A DNA stretch of 50,496 nucleotides, from the IMG/VR virus record IMGVR_UViG_3300045988_014506. One strand, written 5' to 3'. How positions within the stretch are numbered: the stretch's first letter is position 1; each line of letters begins with the position of its first letter. Of the stretch, positions 17,862-28,242 are shown piece by piece. Both the position numbers and the translations under genes were made by a program. The notes under the pieces were generated by a model that saw only the letters and a list, made by a program, of their open reading frames with translations, was not told the origin of the DNA and ran no database searches. The stretch is from a virus.

Positions 17862-19778
17862 TTAATACTCGTTAGTTGTATCATCATTACCCAGCTCATA
17901 CTGGACTGATATCTTATTATTTTCTATAGTGACTATTTTTTTAGTTATCTGAGAAGTTATTGCAACTTTAGTAATATTCTCAGTTGCACCTACCACGTCT
18001 CCAACATCATACTCTTGCTCATCTGTAGTTAAAGAAATAGTAACTGAATCTAAACTCCAATATTCTTGTAGTTTTGCAATACCATTGGTAACTAAGTCAG
18101 CATAGTTATCATAAACCTTCCTATAATAGTATCCAGTTATAAATGGTGGTATTATCTCTTTTTCTGTCTTAGCATAAAACTTTCCTGATACCCATTCTGG
18201 ACTGCTTGTTGCTTCATTTTTCCAGTAATAAGTTTTAGCATAGAAATCTGGAGCTCTTTCTTTACTTACCGCTGTATAAAATGGTGCATACTTAGAGTCT
18301 TTCCAAGATTTAAAATCCGACATCTTAACTTTAGGTGTAGGTTTCTCATCTAAGTAGTCTTCTGGCTTTTTAACTAAGTCAGAAATCTTAACATACTCGG
18401 TTTTTACCAGTTTTGAAGATTTAAGACTAATCTTATAATCTTTCTTATTAAAAGTAGGTATTTTATATTTATAAGTTGCTTCCCATTTATCCCACACACC
18501 ACTACGTTTTTTCTTAATAGTGTAAGTGTATTCCCAATGTTCTACTTTAACATAGTAATTACCTTTATTAGATGACCAATCTGATGGTTTAATAGTCTGT
18601 TTAGTATACTTTGTATACTTATAAGGTTCTACTGCTTTATAACCAGTTCCTTCAGGTGTTCCATCACTATAATACTCAAAGTAATTCTTATAATTTTTCT
18701 TCCAGTCAACAGGTTCTCCATCAAGTTTAAGATAGTCAGTGTCTACAACTAATAAACTATCATCTACACTTTTATAGTTTTCTCCATCTTTATAATAATA
18801 TGAAGAGTAGTTCCAATTCCAGTCAAGAGGTTTAGTTGTAAGATTCTCATAAACTTCATCAAATTCTCTTTCTATCTGGTTATATGAGTTAGAAGTAGCA
18901 TCATATATATAATACTGAGTAAATATATAAGGTTGTTCCCAGCTCTGTGGTTTCTCTTGTATTTTCTCGTAGTTCTCTGCGGTTTGTGCTCCATTATAAT
19001 CATACACTTGACTTCTGTCTAATAACCCGGTAAATACTTGATTTCTTGAGTCTAATATATACTGACTGTCCATATAAGGTTCATCAATAGTTGAGTAAGG
19101 TTGTATACCACCATTTCCATCAGTAAATAACTCAATAACGTGTCTATCTTTTAAATCTCCAGAACCTAAACAATATAGATGGTTTACGGGATTAAAATGC
19201 TTATTTATTGCCATAGCAAATTCACTAGTATCCCATTCTTCATCTTTGCTATAGTCAACATAAGGGGACACACTTAATATAACTTTCCCATTAAAGAATA
19301 TTAAGTTTAGTTTACCTCCAAACTCATATAGCATCTTCCTTAAACCTTGATACAATCCTATATACCTTGGAAAATTATAGTTATTTATTACTATATTGCT
19401 ATCTTCTGTGACTACTGTAAATAAACTAGTTAAACCTACCCTAACTAATAATTGTTGGATTATTACATTGGCTTCCCCGTTCAAAGTAAGATGGTCTTGC
19501 CCCTTATCAGGGCTGACCACTTTACTGTCCATTATTCCGTGCCAGGTTCTTCCATTATATTTAACAGTTTCAGAACTTGTGTCCGGGTTTACATTATCAA
19601 TAATACCGCCATACTGAGTATTCTCATAATATACAAAGTTATTAGGCTCTAGACAAGCGTTATCAATAGCTAATTCTATCTCAAAGTCATTCTCATCTTT
19701 ACCAAAAGCTAAGTCAATCTTATATTCTGGAATTATTCCTAAATCTACTCTATTACTATCTGTATAGATTAAGTCCAT
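17862..19778 (-). CDS. tail-associated (Tal-like) baseplate protein
   Basis: 638 aa. The N-terminus MDLIYTDSNRVDLGIIPEYKIDLAFGKDENDFEIEL is typical of siphophage minor structural / Tal N-terminal regions. Follows Dit. Confidence 0.5.
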   Translation of the reverse strand: MDLIYTDSNRVDLGIIPEYKIDLAFGKDENDFEIELAIDNACLEPNNFVYYENTQYGGIIDNVNPDTSSETVKYNGRTWHGIMDSKVVSPDKGQDHLTLNGEANVIIQQLLVRVGLTSLFTVVTEDSNIVINNYNFPRYIGLYQGLRKMLYEFGGKLNLIFFNGKVILSVSPYVDYSKDEEWDTSEFAMAINKHFNPVNHLYCLGSGDLKDRHVIELFTDGNGGIQPYSTIDEPYMDSQYILDSRNQVFTGLLDRSQVYDYNGAQTAENYEKIQEKPQSWEQPYIFTQYYIYDATSNSYNQIEREFDEVYENLTTKPLDWNWNYSSYYYKDGENYKSVDDSLLVVDTDYLKLDGEPVDWKKNYKNYFEYYSDGTPEGTGYKAVEPYKYTKYTKQTIKPSDWSSNKGNYYVKVEHWEYTYTIKKKRSGVWDKWEATYKYKIPTFNKKDYKISLKSSKLVKTEYVKISDLVKKPEDYLDEKPTPKVKMSDFKSWKDSKYAPFYTAVSKERAPDFYAKTYYWKNEATSSPEWVSGKFYAKTEKEIIPPFITGYYYRKVYDNYADLVTNGIAKLQEYWSLDSVTISLTTDEQEYDVGDVVGATENITKVAITSQITKKIVTIENNKISVQYELGNDDTTNEY

Positions 19779-21016
19779 TTTGGCTCACTCCTATCTTCAA
19801 ATAACTCAACATCAAAAGCATATGCTCCATTCCAACCAACTATGTTCTGACCCACTGCAATCTTTTGAAAAGCATAGAAATCTTTTAATCTGTGACTAAA
19901 TAGGTTCTCTATTGCACCTGTTACAGTTATCTTATAAACTTTCTTATTTACGGAATCAATTATAAGTTTTTCGCCTGTGCTTAAATCCACATCAGTTGCA
20001 CCATAATTCCAATCTCCAATACTTATCAGTGGGTCACTACATTTACCATATATTGTAAGTTTAAAATCAGAAGCAGCATAACCATCATTAGTTAAACTAT
20101 TTATCCTTATATCATTAGTATAGTCATATAAATAATCTAATGGATAGTCTAAAAATGATGAAGTGCTTTTACCATAAACTTCAAACTCATATATGGAATA
20201 ACCATATGCTGGGAGTGCTCTAGTTATACCTTGAAACTTAATAAATCTATAATAGTTTACACCCTCTAATACTATCTCGTCTGTTCCACCAGACATATTT
20301 CTCATACTTTTAAGTGTTGACCAACTTATACCATCATTAGATACAAGTATATTATAGTTTGTTGCATAAGCAGTTTCCCAGTATATCTTTATGCTTTCTA
20401 AATAATACTGCTCACCCAAATCAATAGCTACCCAAGCATCATCTGCAAAGTTAGATGACCATCTTGTTCCTAAATCTCCATCTACTACATTCATAGGTAA
20501 ACTAGCCACATTATCATAACCTGAAGCAGTAACGGATTTATTTAGTGCAATATTTGTACTTGGCATACCATTATCTACATCTGAGCTTGTGGATTTACCA
20601 AAATGGAATATATTAGACGTCTTCCAATTACCATCAGGTGATAGCAATGTAAACTGAACTGTTGAGTTATTAACCATCAAGTACTTACTGCTTTTAGAAC
20701 TAGCAAATATATAGCAATCTAAATAGTAATTATCTACATATAATCTGCCAGGTGATAACTTAACTACATCAGCATCAAAGAAAGCAGTAATCTTTTCTAT
20801 GTTATTTAGATAATCTTGGTCATTCAACCCTTTAACTCTAATCTTAATCTTTTTCTGAACCATACTTCGACTAAAAGAACTTATTCTAGGGAAGCTTGTC
20901 CCTTTGGTTGTGTTACTCCAAGTATAGTCAAATAAATCTGTATCGGCAAGCATTAGATAAGGGTAGGTAACTAAATCTAATTTCTCGCCTTGTGAATTAA
21001 TATAGTATATATCCAT
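19769..21016 (-). CDS. Distal tail protein (Dit) with inserted F5/8 type C (discoidin, CBM32-like) domain
   Basis: 415 aa. Lies directly after the TMP. Internal NKSVTASG...VVDGDLGTRWSS...AWVAIDLG...IKIYWE is a discoidin-domain signature. Confidence 0.65.
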   Translation of the reverse strand: MDIYYINSQGEKLDLVTYPYLMLADTDLFDYTWSNTTKGTSFPRISSFSRSMVQKKIKIRVKGLNDQDYLNNIEKITAFFDADVVKLSPGRLYVDNYYLDCYIFASSKSSKYLMVNNSTVQFTLLSPDGNWKTSNIFHFGKSTSSDVDNGMPSTNIALNKSVTASGYDNVASLPMNVVDGDLGTRWSSNFADDAWVAIDLGEQYYLESIKIYWETAYATNYNILVSNDGISWSTLKSMRNMSGGTDEIVLEGVNYYRFIKFQGITRALPAYGYSIYEFEVYGKSTSSFLDYPLDYLYDYTNDIRINSLTNDGYAASDFKLTIYGKCSDPLISIGDWNYGATDVDLSTGEKLIIDSVNKKVYKITVTGAIENLFSHRLKDFYAFQKIAVGQNIVGWNGAYAFDVELFEDRSEPKWT

Positions 21017-23340
21017 TATACTGTTACCTCCCTTACTAATCTTCCAAACTGTCTATTTCCAACTGATACACCAATATTAGCATTTACAAAAGCATCAACA
21101 GTTGCTTCTCCCATTTTATCATAGTCAATACCATCATAGTACCCACCACTTAAAGTCATTGTAGTATCAAGTTTCTTCATACCATACTTAAGTTCATCAT
21201 TAATCTGGTCCATTGGATTTTCTTGGTCAAAACCTACCCATATACCTTGAGCTATAAACTTACCAATCTGGTCTCTCATAAGTTTTGAAGGTGAAGCAAT
21301 ACCAAAGAAGTCTTTGATACTATCCACAACGCCTCCAAAGAATCCACTTATCTTATCTCTTAGCCAAGCACCTGCATCTTTAATACCATTCCATAATCCT
21401 TTAATTAAGTTTAGACCTATATCAGCCATATCACTTAAATAGTCGCCAAAACCATCAACTAAGGCTTTTATAATATCTGGTATTGCAGTTATAATCTTAC
21501 CAATAATCTTAGGTAGATTAGTTATAAGTGAACCTAATAGTTTAACACCAGTACTGATAATCTTAGGAATAGCATCAACTAATGCACCAACTATACCTGT
21601 AATGATTTTAGGTATTGCTTTTACTATAGTTATAATAATCTTTGGCAGTGCATCTACAAGTGAAGTTATAAGTTTAAATCCAGCATCTATAATATCTGGT
21701 AAATGGTCAAGTACTGCATTAATTAGATTAGTTATAATTTCTGGAATAACTTCAACTATAGTATCAATTATTTCTGGTAGATTGTCAACCAGCGAAGTTA
21801 ATAACTGAACACCAGCATCTATAATCATTGGAATAGCATTTAATAAAGCATTTATAAGTGAGTTTATTAACTGTGGTAATGCCGCCAATAATGTAGGTAT
21901 TGCTTGAAGTATACCATTAACTAATCCTACCACTAACTGTAGACCCATTTGGATTATTGTTGGTAATTGCTGGATTATAAAATTTAATAAGTTAGTAACT
22001 ATAAGTATAGCTCCATTCAATAACTGAGGCAAGGCTTGAGTTAACCCTGTTATAAGGTTAGTTATAAGATTTGTAGCCATTGTTGCCATACTGTCAAGCA
22101 TTGAACCTTCACTTAGCATTGTAACCAGTGAATCCATCAGTATCGGAATATTTTCTAATAAGAAAGTTCCAAGCTGAGACAATATTTCCATCAATGAGGT
22201 AAATAATTGTGGAGCTGCAGTTTTAAGTGTTGTTCCTATCTGGGTTATTATTGTTGGAAGTACATTCAATAATGCTGGTATTGCTGAAGCAATTCCTTGT
22301 ATTAATGTAAGTACTATATTTGTACCTGATGATAATAAACTAGGTAATAGATTTTCTATCAATCCAGGTATAGCATCAACTATAACAGGTAATAGCTTCT
22401 CTACAAGTGAATCAATACCACCAAGAGCGGTTTCAATTCTAGGAGGTATGTTTGAAGCTGCTGTGCTTACTGAATCTACGAAGTTATTAACTAAACTATC
22501 AAAGTCAGCATTATCATCAGCAAGACCAACCATAAGATTTTCCCAAGCAGCTTTTGCTGAGTTAACCGAACCTTCAATAGTTGTACTGGCTTCTTTTGCA
22601 GTTGTTCCGGTTATACCCATTTCTGTCTGTACAACGTGGATTGCTTCTGCCATATCAGCCATATTACCTAGTTCATACTTCTGCCCAGATAACTTTTCGG
22701 CATCTGCAAGAAGTCTTTCCATTTCAGACTTTGTACCGCCATAGCCAAGTTTCAAGTTATCCAACATAGAGTAGTTTTGCTTAGCAAATCCATTATAGGC
22801 ATTCTGTATCATTTCCATATCAGTGCCCATCTTGTTTGCATTATCTGCCATATCTACAACTATCTGGTCAGCAGCTTTTGCCGCTTCTGTCTCATTCTCT
22901 GTACTTTGCTTAAGAGAAGCAGCAAAACTTGTAACTGTTTCCATATAATCATTAGCAGACAGTCCAGCAGTCTTGTATGCTTTATCGGCATTTTCTAAAG
23001 CTATATTCTGAGCATTCATAAGTTGCTCATAATCGGCTTTAGCTTCACTTGTACTCTTTCCTACTGACTTGGCATATTCTTCAAGTGTTTGACCACCTGC
23101 TCCAAACAGTGTTTCTATACCACCTACCAACTGTTCATAAGAAGCATAAGCATCAATAGCGGATTTTGTAAGTGCCCCAGCTGCAGTTGCTCCAGCTGCT
23201 ACGGCAGCTGTACCAATCTTTGCTATACTTTTGACCGCACTTCCCATACCAGATGTAATAGAGGAACCAAGTTGCTTTATACTTTTATCCGCACCAGATG
23301 AATCTAGTTCGGTATCAATTACAACTTTACCATCAGCCAT
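21016..23340 (-). CDS. Tape measure protein
   Basis: 774 aa. Helical, with long degenerate A/I/L/P repeats (LPxIIxxIVxAIPxII). Position after the tail chaperone genes. Confidence 0.8.
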   Translation of the reverse strand: MADGKVVIDTELDSSGADKSIKQLGSSITSGMGSAVKSIAKIGTAAVAAGATAAGALTKSAIDAYASYEQLVGGIETLFGAGGQTLEEYAKSVGKSTSEAKADYEQLMNAQNIALENADKAYKTAGLSANDYMETVTSFAASLKQSTENETEAAKAADQIVVDMADNANKMGTDMEMIQNAYNGFAKQNYSMLDNLKLGYGGTKSEMERLLADAEKLSGQKYELGNMADMAEAIHVVQTEMGITGTTAKEASTTIEGSVNSAKAAWENLMVGLADDNADFDSLVNNFVDSVSTAASNIPPRIETALGGIDSLVEKLLPVIVDAIPGLIENLLPSLLSSGTNIVLTLIQGIASAIPALLNVLPTIITQIGTTLKTAAPQLFTSLMEILSQLGTFLLENIPILMDSLVTMLSEGSMLDSMATMATNLITNLITGLTQALPQLLNGAILIVTNLLNFIIQQLPTIIQMGLQLVVGLVNGILQAIPTLLAALPQLINSLINALLNAIPMIIDAGVQLLTSLVDNLPEIIDTIVEVIPEIITNLINAVLDHLPDIIDAGFKLITSLVDALPKIIITIVKAIPKIITGIVGALVDAIPKIISTGVKLLGSLITNLPKIIGKIITAIPDIIKALVDGFGDYLSDMADIGLNLIKGLWNGIKDAGAWLRDKISGFFGGVVDSIKDFFGIASPSKLMRDQIGKFIAQGIWVGFDQENPMDQINDELKYGMKKLDTTMTLSGGYYDGIDYDKMGEATVDAFVNANIGVSVGNRQFGRLVREVTV

Positions 23341-23371
23341 AAATAACTGTTCCTCCTTTCTATCTTAAAAA

Positions 23372-23935
23372 TTAAGTCTTCTTATATACACTATTATAGA
23401 ATAAGCTATTAATCTCGTTCATTGTTTCTTTTGATACTTTATGCTTTGTTTGAGGTAATGACCACACTCTTTTATTCTCTTCACATTGTGCCTCATATGA
23501 CTTATGAGACTTCTTATAAGAACGCATAGACATTATCTGCTTAATCTTAGTATCATCACGCAGACCTGAGAACAATGCTTTAAACATATGCCAGTGCATA
23601 TCTACACTAGTTAAATCTATCCTATAATCTTGCATAAAAGATGCTACAATATATTCTCCATCTTCTATATAATCTATAATCTTATCCCTGGAAGTGTTAT
23701 TTGTATCTTTAGGTGTTAGATTTGGATTACTATAGAATTCTACTAGTTGTGGAAAGAAGTTTGCTAAAGGTATATCTTCGCCTTCTTTAATTAAGAATAA
23801 GTAATCAGATAAAGGTCTATTATCATTTATCATCTCACCAAACTTTAACCACAACCTAAAATCTGTATTTATGAAAAAATCCTTACCATTAACCTTAATG
23901 GTATCTGGTAAGGACTTATTTCTTAAATCAATCAT
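23372..23935 (-). CDS. Gp15-family protein (tail assembly, putative)
   Basis: 187 aa. The N-terminus LPDTIKVNGKDFFINTDFRLWLKF resembles the Phage_Gp15 family. Lies between the chaperone and the TMP. Confidence 0.45.
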   Translation of the reverse strand: MIDLRNKSLPDTIKVNGKDFFINTDFRLWLKFGEMINDNRPLSDYLFLIKEGEDIPLANFFPQLVEFYSNPNLTPKDTNNTSRDKIIDYIEDGEYIVASFMQDYRIDLTSVDMHWHMFKALFSGLRDDTKIKQIMSMRSYKKSHKSYEAQCEENKRVWSLPQTKHKVSKETMNEINSLFYNSVYKKT

Positions 23936-23938
23936 AAC

Positions 23939-24334
23939 TTATCTGCCAAATTTGCTGCCACTTTCAAGAATACCACTTTTGGATATACTATCAAAGGCAC
24001 TTAACACTTCCATCATCTTTGTTAGACTATTATCATTAAGTTTTGACTCAATCTTCTCACTATTGTATTCAGCAAGAGGCTGATTATAGCAAGCCACGAT
24101 ACTTAAGTACAGAAGATTAATATCATTTGGGTCGCAAGAATCAAAATTTCCGATAAGTTCAGTTAATTCTTTGCTTCCAATAAGTTCAGACTCAAAGTTA
24201 TACATAACTTTACACTTATCTCTAAATTTCTTGCTACCATTGTTACTAGCTTCTACTTCTTCAATCTTACTTGCTATACCAAAACTATAATTTGGCAAAG
24301 TTATCTCTGTTCCATTAAAAACTATTGAATACAT
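23939..24334 (-). CDS. tail assembly chaperone (putative)
   Basis: 131 aa, acidic. Position between the major tail protein and the TMP. Confidence 0.4.
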   Translation of the reverse strand: MYSIVFNGTEITLPNYSFGIASKIEEVEASNNGSKKFRDKCKVMYNFESELIGSKELTELIGNFDSCDPNDINLLYLSIVACYNQPLAEYNSEKIESKLNDNSLTKMMEVLSAFDSISKSGILESGSKFGR

Positions 24335-24357
24335 ATCTTGTCCTCCTTTATAAAATA

Positions 24358-24867
24358 TTAGTCAATAGATAAACTTGATGCTGCTTCTGTGGCAGCAGTA
24401 AATACCGGCTTACCATCAGTTATCTTATATGTTCCAAGTTCAATATCTCCACCCATCTTCATTGAGAAAGAAAGCTTTCCATCTGTTGTGGATAAAGTAT
24501 CAAGTAACAAAGTACATATACCTCTCCAAGCTCTGGCTGTTGTACCTCCAAAGCAAAGAAGGAAAGGAACTTTACATTCATCACCGGTTGGAAGATTATA
24601 TAACTTTTCTGCCATATAATCATATAATGGATTACCTTCGTATAAAGCAATCTCCTGAGGTAATTCTGGCTGGTTGCTTAAAACTTCTTCTACTGCATTC
24701 TTATAGCAGATATAATCCATAGATTCTGACTGTGGATTTATTGCAAGTTCAAATATAGTAGATAAGTCAATTCTTGCCCACTCACTAGCTGCATAAGTTT
24801 TATCTTCTGCAGTGTCAAGAAATGGGATAAACTGGTCTTTTGTCAGTTTAGTCATTGCATTTGCCAT
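24358..24867 (-). CDS. Major tail protein (putative)
   Basis: 169 aa. Position, and a strong SD AAAGGAG. Confidence 0.5.
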   Translation of the reverse strand: MANAMTKLTKDQFIPFLDTAEDKTYAASEWARIDLSTIFELAINPQSESMDYICYKNAVEEVLSNQPELPQEIALYEGNPLYDYMAEKLYNLPTGDECKVPFLLCFGGTTARAWRGICTLLLDTLSTTDGKLSFSMKMGGDIELGTYKITDGKPVFTAATEAASSLSID

Positions 24868-24869
24868 CT

Positions 24870-25304
24870 TTATTCTCCTTTCATTTCCATATAAGTTATC
24901 TTAAACTGCCCTTGATACTTTGCCATACCAGCTTGAGTATCAGTAGTTACACTTGGTACAGTTTCAAGAACGTCTACTTGTTCTATAATAATATTATTTC
25001 CAAAATCTGGAAAATTCTTATCTTTATTCTGTGCTTCAATCCATTCAGAAATATTCTCAAATTCTTTATTGGCTTCTAAATTGATTGTGCTAGTTCCTGT
25101 ATCATATTCTTTAACTAAATCTAAAGCAAACAGAAATTCAACTCGTCTGCTCCCATCTATAAACTTGTCTAACTCTCTTTCGTTCTGTACACTATTAAGT
25201 GATAAGTTTCCTGGTTCACTATTAGTTACATTAAAGTATATCCAACTAAATCTTGGTGTATAAGTTTTTAACCAGTCAGAAATCTTCTCATATCTATTAA
25301 CCAT
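24870..25304 (-). CDS. tail completion / head-tail joining protein (putative)
   Basis: 144 aa. Called by position only. Confidence 0.35.
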   Translation of the reverse strand: MVNRYEKISDWLKTYTPRFSWIYFNVTNSEPGNLSLNSVQNERELDKFIDGSRRVEFLFALDLVKEYDTGTSTINLEANKEFENISEWIEAQNKDKNFPDFGNNIIIEQVDVLETVPSVTTDTQAGMAKYQGQFKITYMEMKGE

Positions 25305-25306
25305 AA

Positions 25307-25645
25307 TTAAATTCCATTCTTTCTAATAAAATTTGAAACTTCATTTGCCAGTTGTGAACCTTTTGCTACAGACATAGCATTATCCCATCTAGCAGTAGCC
25401 AAGGGATGCTTTTCCTTATTAAAGTTCAAACTGTGACCTTCAAATATATGGTGAGCATAAGGAGAATCATAAGTAACCTTAAAAGGTTCAACTGTAGTAT
25501 TATCAACTAGCATTCCAGTATCCATTGGTACATAAGGAGCCATTAATCTTTCGGCTTGTTGAGCAAAGTATAAACCAACTTTCTCACTTTTACATATCTT
25601 AGATATCTTAACTGGAACGCCAGATAAATCCATCTTAATTCCCAT
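25307..25645 (-). CDS. HK97 gp10-like head-tail joining protein (putative)
   Basis: 112 aa. DTGMLVDN...SPYAHHIFEG resembles the gp10-family pattern (TG.L....YA..vE.G). Confidence 0.45.
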   Translation of the reverse strand: MGIKMDLSGVPVKISKICKSEKVGLYFAQQAERLMAPYVPMDTGMLVDNTTVEPFKVTYDSPYAHHIFEGHSLNFNKEKHPLATARWDNAMSVAKGSQLANEVSNFIRKNGI

Positions 25646-25648
25646 AAC

Positions 25649-26059
25649 TTATACTCCTGATATTCTAAGCTGAATCTTAACACCATACTTCTGTGGAACT
25701 TCTTCTATAGAACGAACTTCGCAGACATTAGGTTCATATTTTGTCTTAGTTTTTAGAATATTATTAGGGGTTATTTCTTCCTCTAACTCACTTCCAAGAA
25801 ATATATAATCGCCTTGACTGATTGTGAAGGTATTATCTTTCTGATTACTATTCTTCCACTCTGCATAAGGTAAATACTTACCAGTAAATGGAATCAAGAT
25901 TATAAATTGCTGTCCCATACTGACTTCTGTTCCAACAACACTGGTTACTTTTGTATTAGTATACTTAATGTCTTTCATTATAGTTTTATACCATACATCT
26001 AAACCAGTGGATGAATCTTGATGCTTTAGTTTATTTAAAATAGTTATTGGACCTTGCAT
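25649..26059 (-). CDS. head closure protein (putative)
   Basis: 136 aa. Called by position only. Confidence 0.3.
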   Translation of the reverse strand: MQGPITILNKLKHQDSSTGLDVWYKTIMKDIKYTNTKVTSVVGTEVSMGQQFIILIPFTGKYLPYAEWKNSNQKDNTFTISQGDYIFLGSELEEEITPNNILKTKTKYEPNVCEVRSIEEVPQKYGVKIQLRISGV

Positions 26060-26411
26060 CTTTCCAACCTCGCTTTCCTCTATACATCAATTCAGGTGGA
26101 AGATATAACTTGCACAACCTAATAATCTTTGATTCTGTGGGTTTTTGTCCCACTCCTTCATTATTGTAGGATATGCTTTCAATACCATCAGAATAACTAG
26201 AAATTGACCCGTCTAATGACTCATTCTTTTCCAGTAAGTCAATGCATCTTACAATTAGTCTCTTAATACTATCAGTAAATGGTGCACTGTGTATCTTACT
26301 CATTGTTATCCTGTCAAGATAAATCTCACAATCTAAAAGTAAATTAGGGAAGTTATCAATATCTACCTTACCACCAAGACTCTTGTAATCTTCATACGTT
26401 AAGTGCTCCAT
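26031..26411 (-). CDS. head-tail connector protein (putative)
   Basis: Start moved to the ATG at 26411 (MEHLTYEDY), preceded by GAGGGAGG. Called by position. Confidence 0.4.
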   Translation of the reverse strand: MEHLTYEDYKSLGGKVDIDNFPNLLLDCEIYLDRITMSKIHSAPFTDSIKRLIVRCIDLLEKNESLDGSISSYSDGIESISYNNEGVGQKPTESKIIRLCKLYLPPELMYRGKRGWKDARSNNYFK

Positions 26412-26432
26412 CAATAACCTCCCTCTCAAATA

Positions 26433-26576
26433 TTAGGCTTCTTTTTTCTCGGAGGACTTAGTTTTAGAAGCCCCACTATTTGACTTTATTTCTTTTCCTC
26501 CGAACTTAAGTCTCTGCTCGTTAAGTTCATCATTAGAACTTTCTAAGATTACACCATTTGGCATTTTAATCTTCAT
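26433..26576 (-). CDS. small hypothetical protein (47 aa)
   Basis: Hand-translated: MKIKMPNGVILESSNDELNEQRLKFGGKEIKSNSGASKTKSSEKKEA. AAGGAGG lies 6 nt upstream. Fills the gap after the capsid gene. Confidence 0.45.
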   Translation of the reverse strand: MKIKMPNGVILESSNDELNEQRLKFGGKEIKSNSGASKTKSSEKKEA

Positions 26577-26603
26577 AAGCTACCTCCTTAATATGTTCTT
26601 ATC

Positions 26604-27446
26604 TTACTCACCAGCTGGTTCGTAGTAAAGAATTGTTTCCGGAGTTACTGCTTTTGTTCCATAATAGAAGAATAATTCTATTGCTATTGCTTCAGACATT
26701 GGAATTCTTTCAGCATCATATGGTGTACTTCTAATAGGCTGTGCTATTGAACCATCAACCATAATCTCGAACTTAACTCCTGCTGGAAGTCTGTTTGAAC
26801 TATAACATCTAACACCGTGGAACATAATAAACTCTTCTGAAGTTGTATCCACGTTAGTGTTAGATATTTTATCCAACCAAGTTCTCATAGCAGAATATGT
26901 CTCAGCATCAAATACAATAGACATTAAGTCTCTATCAATACCATCAATATAATCTGTCTTTGTAGTTTCTAAAGTTACAATAGCTTCTTCTACAATATCC
27001 TGAATCTCAGTCTTTGTAGGTGTAATCTTTGTACCTTCAGTTTTACCAACTTCAAAGAATTTAGCATCTAATTCAGCTGCCATTCTTAAAGCGTGATTAG
27101 CAGAACGTTTTGCGATAAGACCATCTACACCTAAAAGTGAAACGTCTTTCTGTTCTACTTCTTCAATAAACTCCCTATCTGTATCAATAGGAATAGTAAC
27201 TGGTTTACCTTTTACGGCATCACCTTTACCTTCTGCTCTAGCTGTACCATAAGCTTTAGATGTTGCATTAGCAAATCTTTTAGCTTCAACTGTACCTGCT
27301 GTAGGGTCACCAGATAAATCTGTGTTCTTAAGAGCACTCGAGATTGCTTTCTTCTGGACATTCTCAAGCACACCATCATAGGCTTCTGCTAAGAGCATCT
27401 TGCCTTCTGAGTCTAACAATACGTCTAAAGATGTAATTCTTGCCAT
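26604..27446 (-). CDS. Major capsid protein
   Basis: 280 aa. Lies immediately after the scaffold gene. Strong SD. The composition is typical of small Firmicutes-phage capsid proteins. Confidence 0.7.
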   Translation of the reverse strand: MARITSLDVLLDSEGKMLLAEAYDGVLENVQKKAISSALKNTDLSGDPTAGTVEAKRFANATSKAYGTARAEGKGDAVKGKPVTIPIDTDREFIEEVEQKDVSLLGVDGLIAKRSANHALRMAAELDAKFFEVGKTEGTKITPTKTEIQDIVEEAIVTLETTKTDYIDGIDRDLMSIVFDAETYSAMRTWLDKISNTNVDTTSEEFIMFHGVRCYSSNRLPAGVKFEIMVDGSIAQPIRSTPYDAERIPMSEAIAIELFFYYGTKAVTPETILYYEPAGE

Positions 27447-27478
27447 TTCTTTATCTCCTTTTCATAAAATTTACTTAA

Positions 27479-28144
27479 TTACCAGATAAGAGGTCTTTCT
27501 TTTGGCTTATCATCACCATCTCCCTTACCTTTGTTTCCTTCTAAGTCGCCTTTACCGCTTTTGTCTGAGAATTTAGGTTTTGGTTTGCCATCATTGTTGT
27601 CTACATCATCACTGTTGTCTTCAACTACAAACGCACCAGCATCCTCTTCCTTGTATTTAGCAACATAATCATCAAAGCCTAGAAGTGTGTCACCATCCAT
27701 CTTAAGTCCTGTAGCAATTACATCTGCTATAAAATTCTTTTTAGCAGCATTACTTGTGAACTGTAAAGTGTTGACTTTTTCTTTAACTGCAAACTCATAT
27801 TTCTGCTTATTAAGCTGAGCTTCATAACTCTTTTTATCTTCCGCATAAGAAGTCTTAAGATTCTCAAGCTCTTGCTGTACTGTTTCTAGCTGCTCAGAAT
27901 TATCGCCGGCTTCTTTAAGCTGTTTCTGTAACTTAGCTAGGTCAGCATCTCGCTGCTTAATATCATTGTTATACTTTTCTTTGTAAGTATCACGTTCTTC
28001 AGTTACATTAGTCAAGTTATTCTTAACTTCTTCGAGTTCAGCTACTGTCTTGTAGTTTTCTGCTACAAGTTTATCAAACTCTTCTTTCTTGTCTTCTGGA
28101 ATAGTGATTCCAAACTTTTCTAAGATGTTGTAAATATTCTTCAT
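27479..28144 (-). CDS. Scaffolding protein (GP20-like)
   Basis: 221 aa, coiled-coil and acidic. The N-terminus LEKFGITIPEDKKEEFDKLVAENYK is typical of the GP20 family. Confidence 0.65.
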   Translation of the reverse strand: MKNIYNILEKFGITIPEDKKEEFDKLVAENYKTVAELEEVKNNLTNVTEERDTYKEKYNNDIKQRDADLAKLQKQLKEAGDNSEQLETVQQELENLKTSYAEDKKSYEAQLNKQKYEFAVKEKVNTLQFTSNAAKKNFIADVIATGLKMDGDTLLGFDDYVAKYKEEDAGAFVVEDNSDDVDNNDGKPKPKFSDKSGKGDLEGNKGKGDGDDKPKERPLIW

Positions 28145-28213
28145 AATATAATTTCCTCCTAAAATGTTTTATATAGCGAGTTTTCTTCGCTCTGGATTCT
28201 ATTTACATATTCT

Positions 28214-28242
28214 ATTATACACAAGTTATTAACATTTGTAAA
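28214..28242 (-). promoter_or_regulatory. Near-consensus sigma-A-type promoter upstream of the scaffold/capsid/tail operon
   Basis: Minus strand: TTTACA (28237-28242), 17 nt, TATAAT (28214-28219). The spacer contains one copy of the 13-bp repeat (28223-28235). Confidence 0.55.

Noticed and set aside
23372-24334. Programmed -1 frameshift joining the two tail chaperone ORFs (the gpG/gpGT paradigm)
   Set aside because: The downstream ORF is in the same frame as the upstream one, separated by TAA GTT, and has its own ATG. No X XXY YYZ slippery heptamer lies near the end of the upstream ORF.
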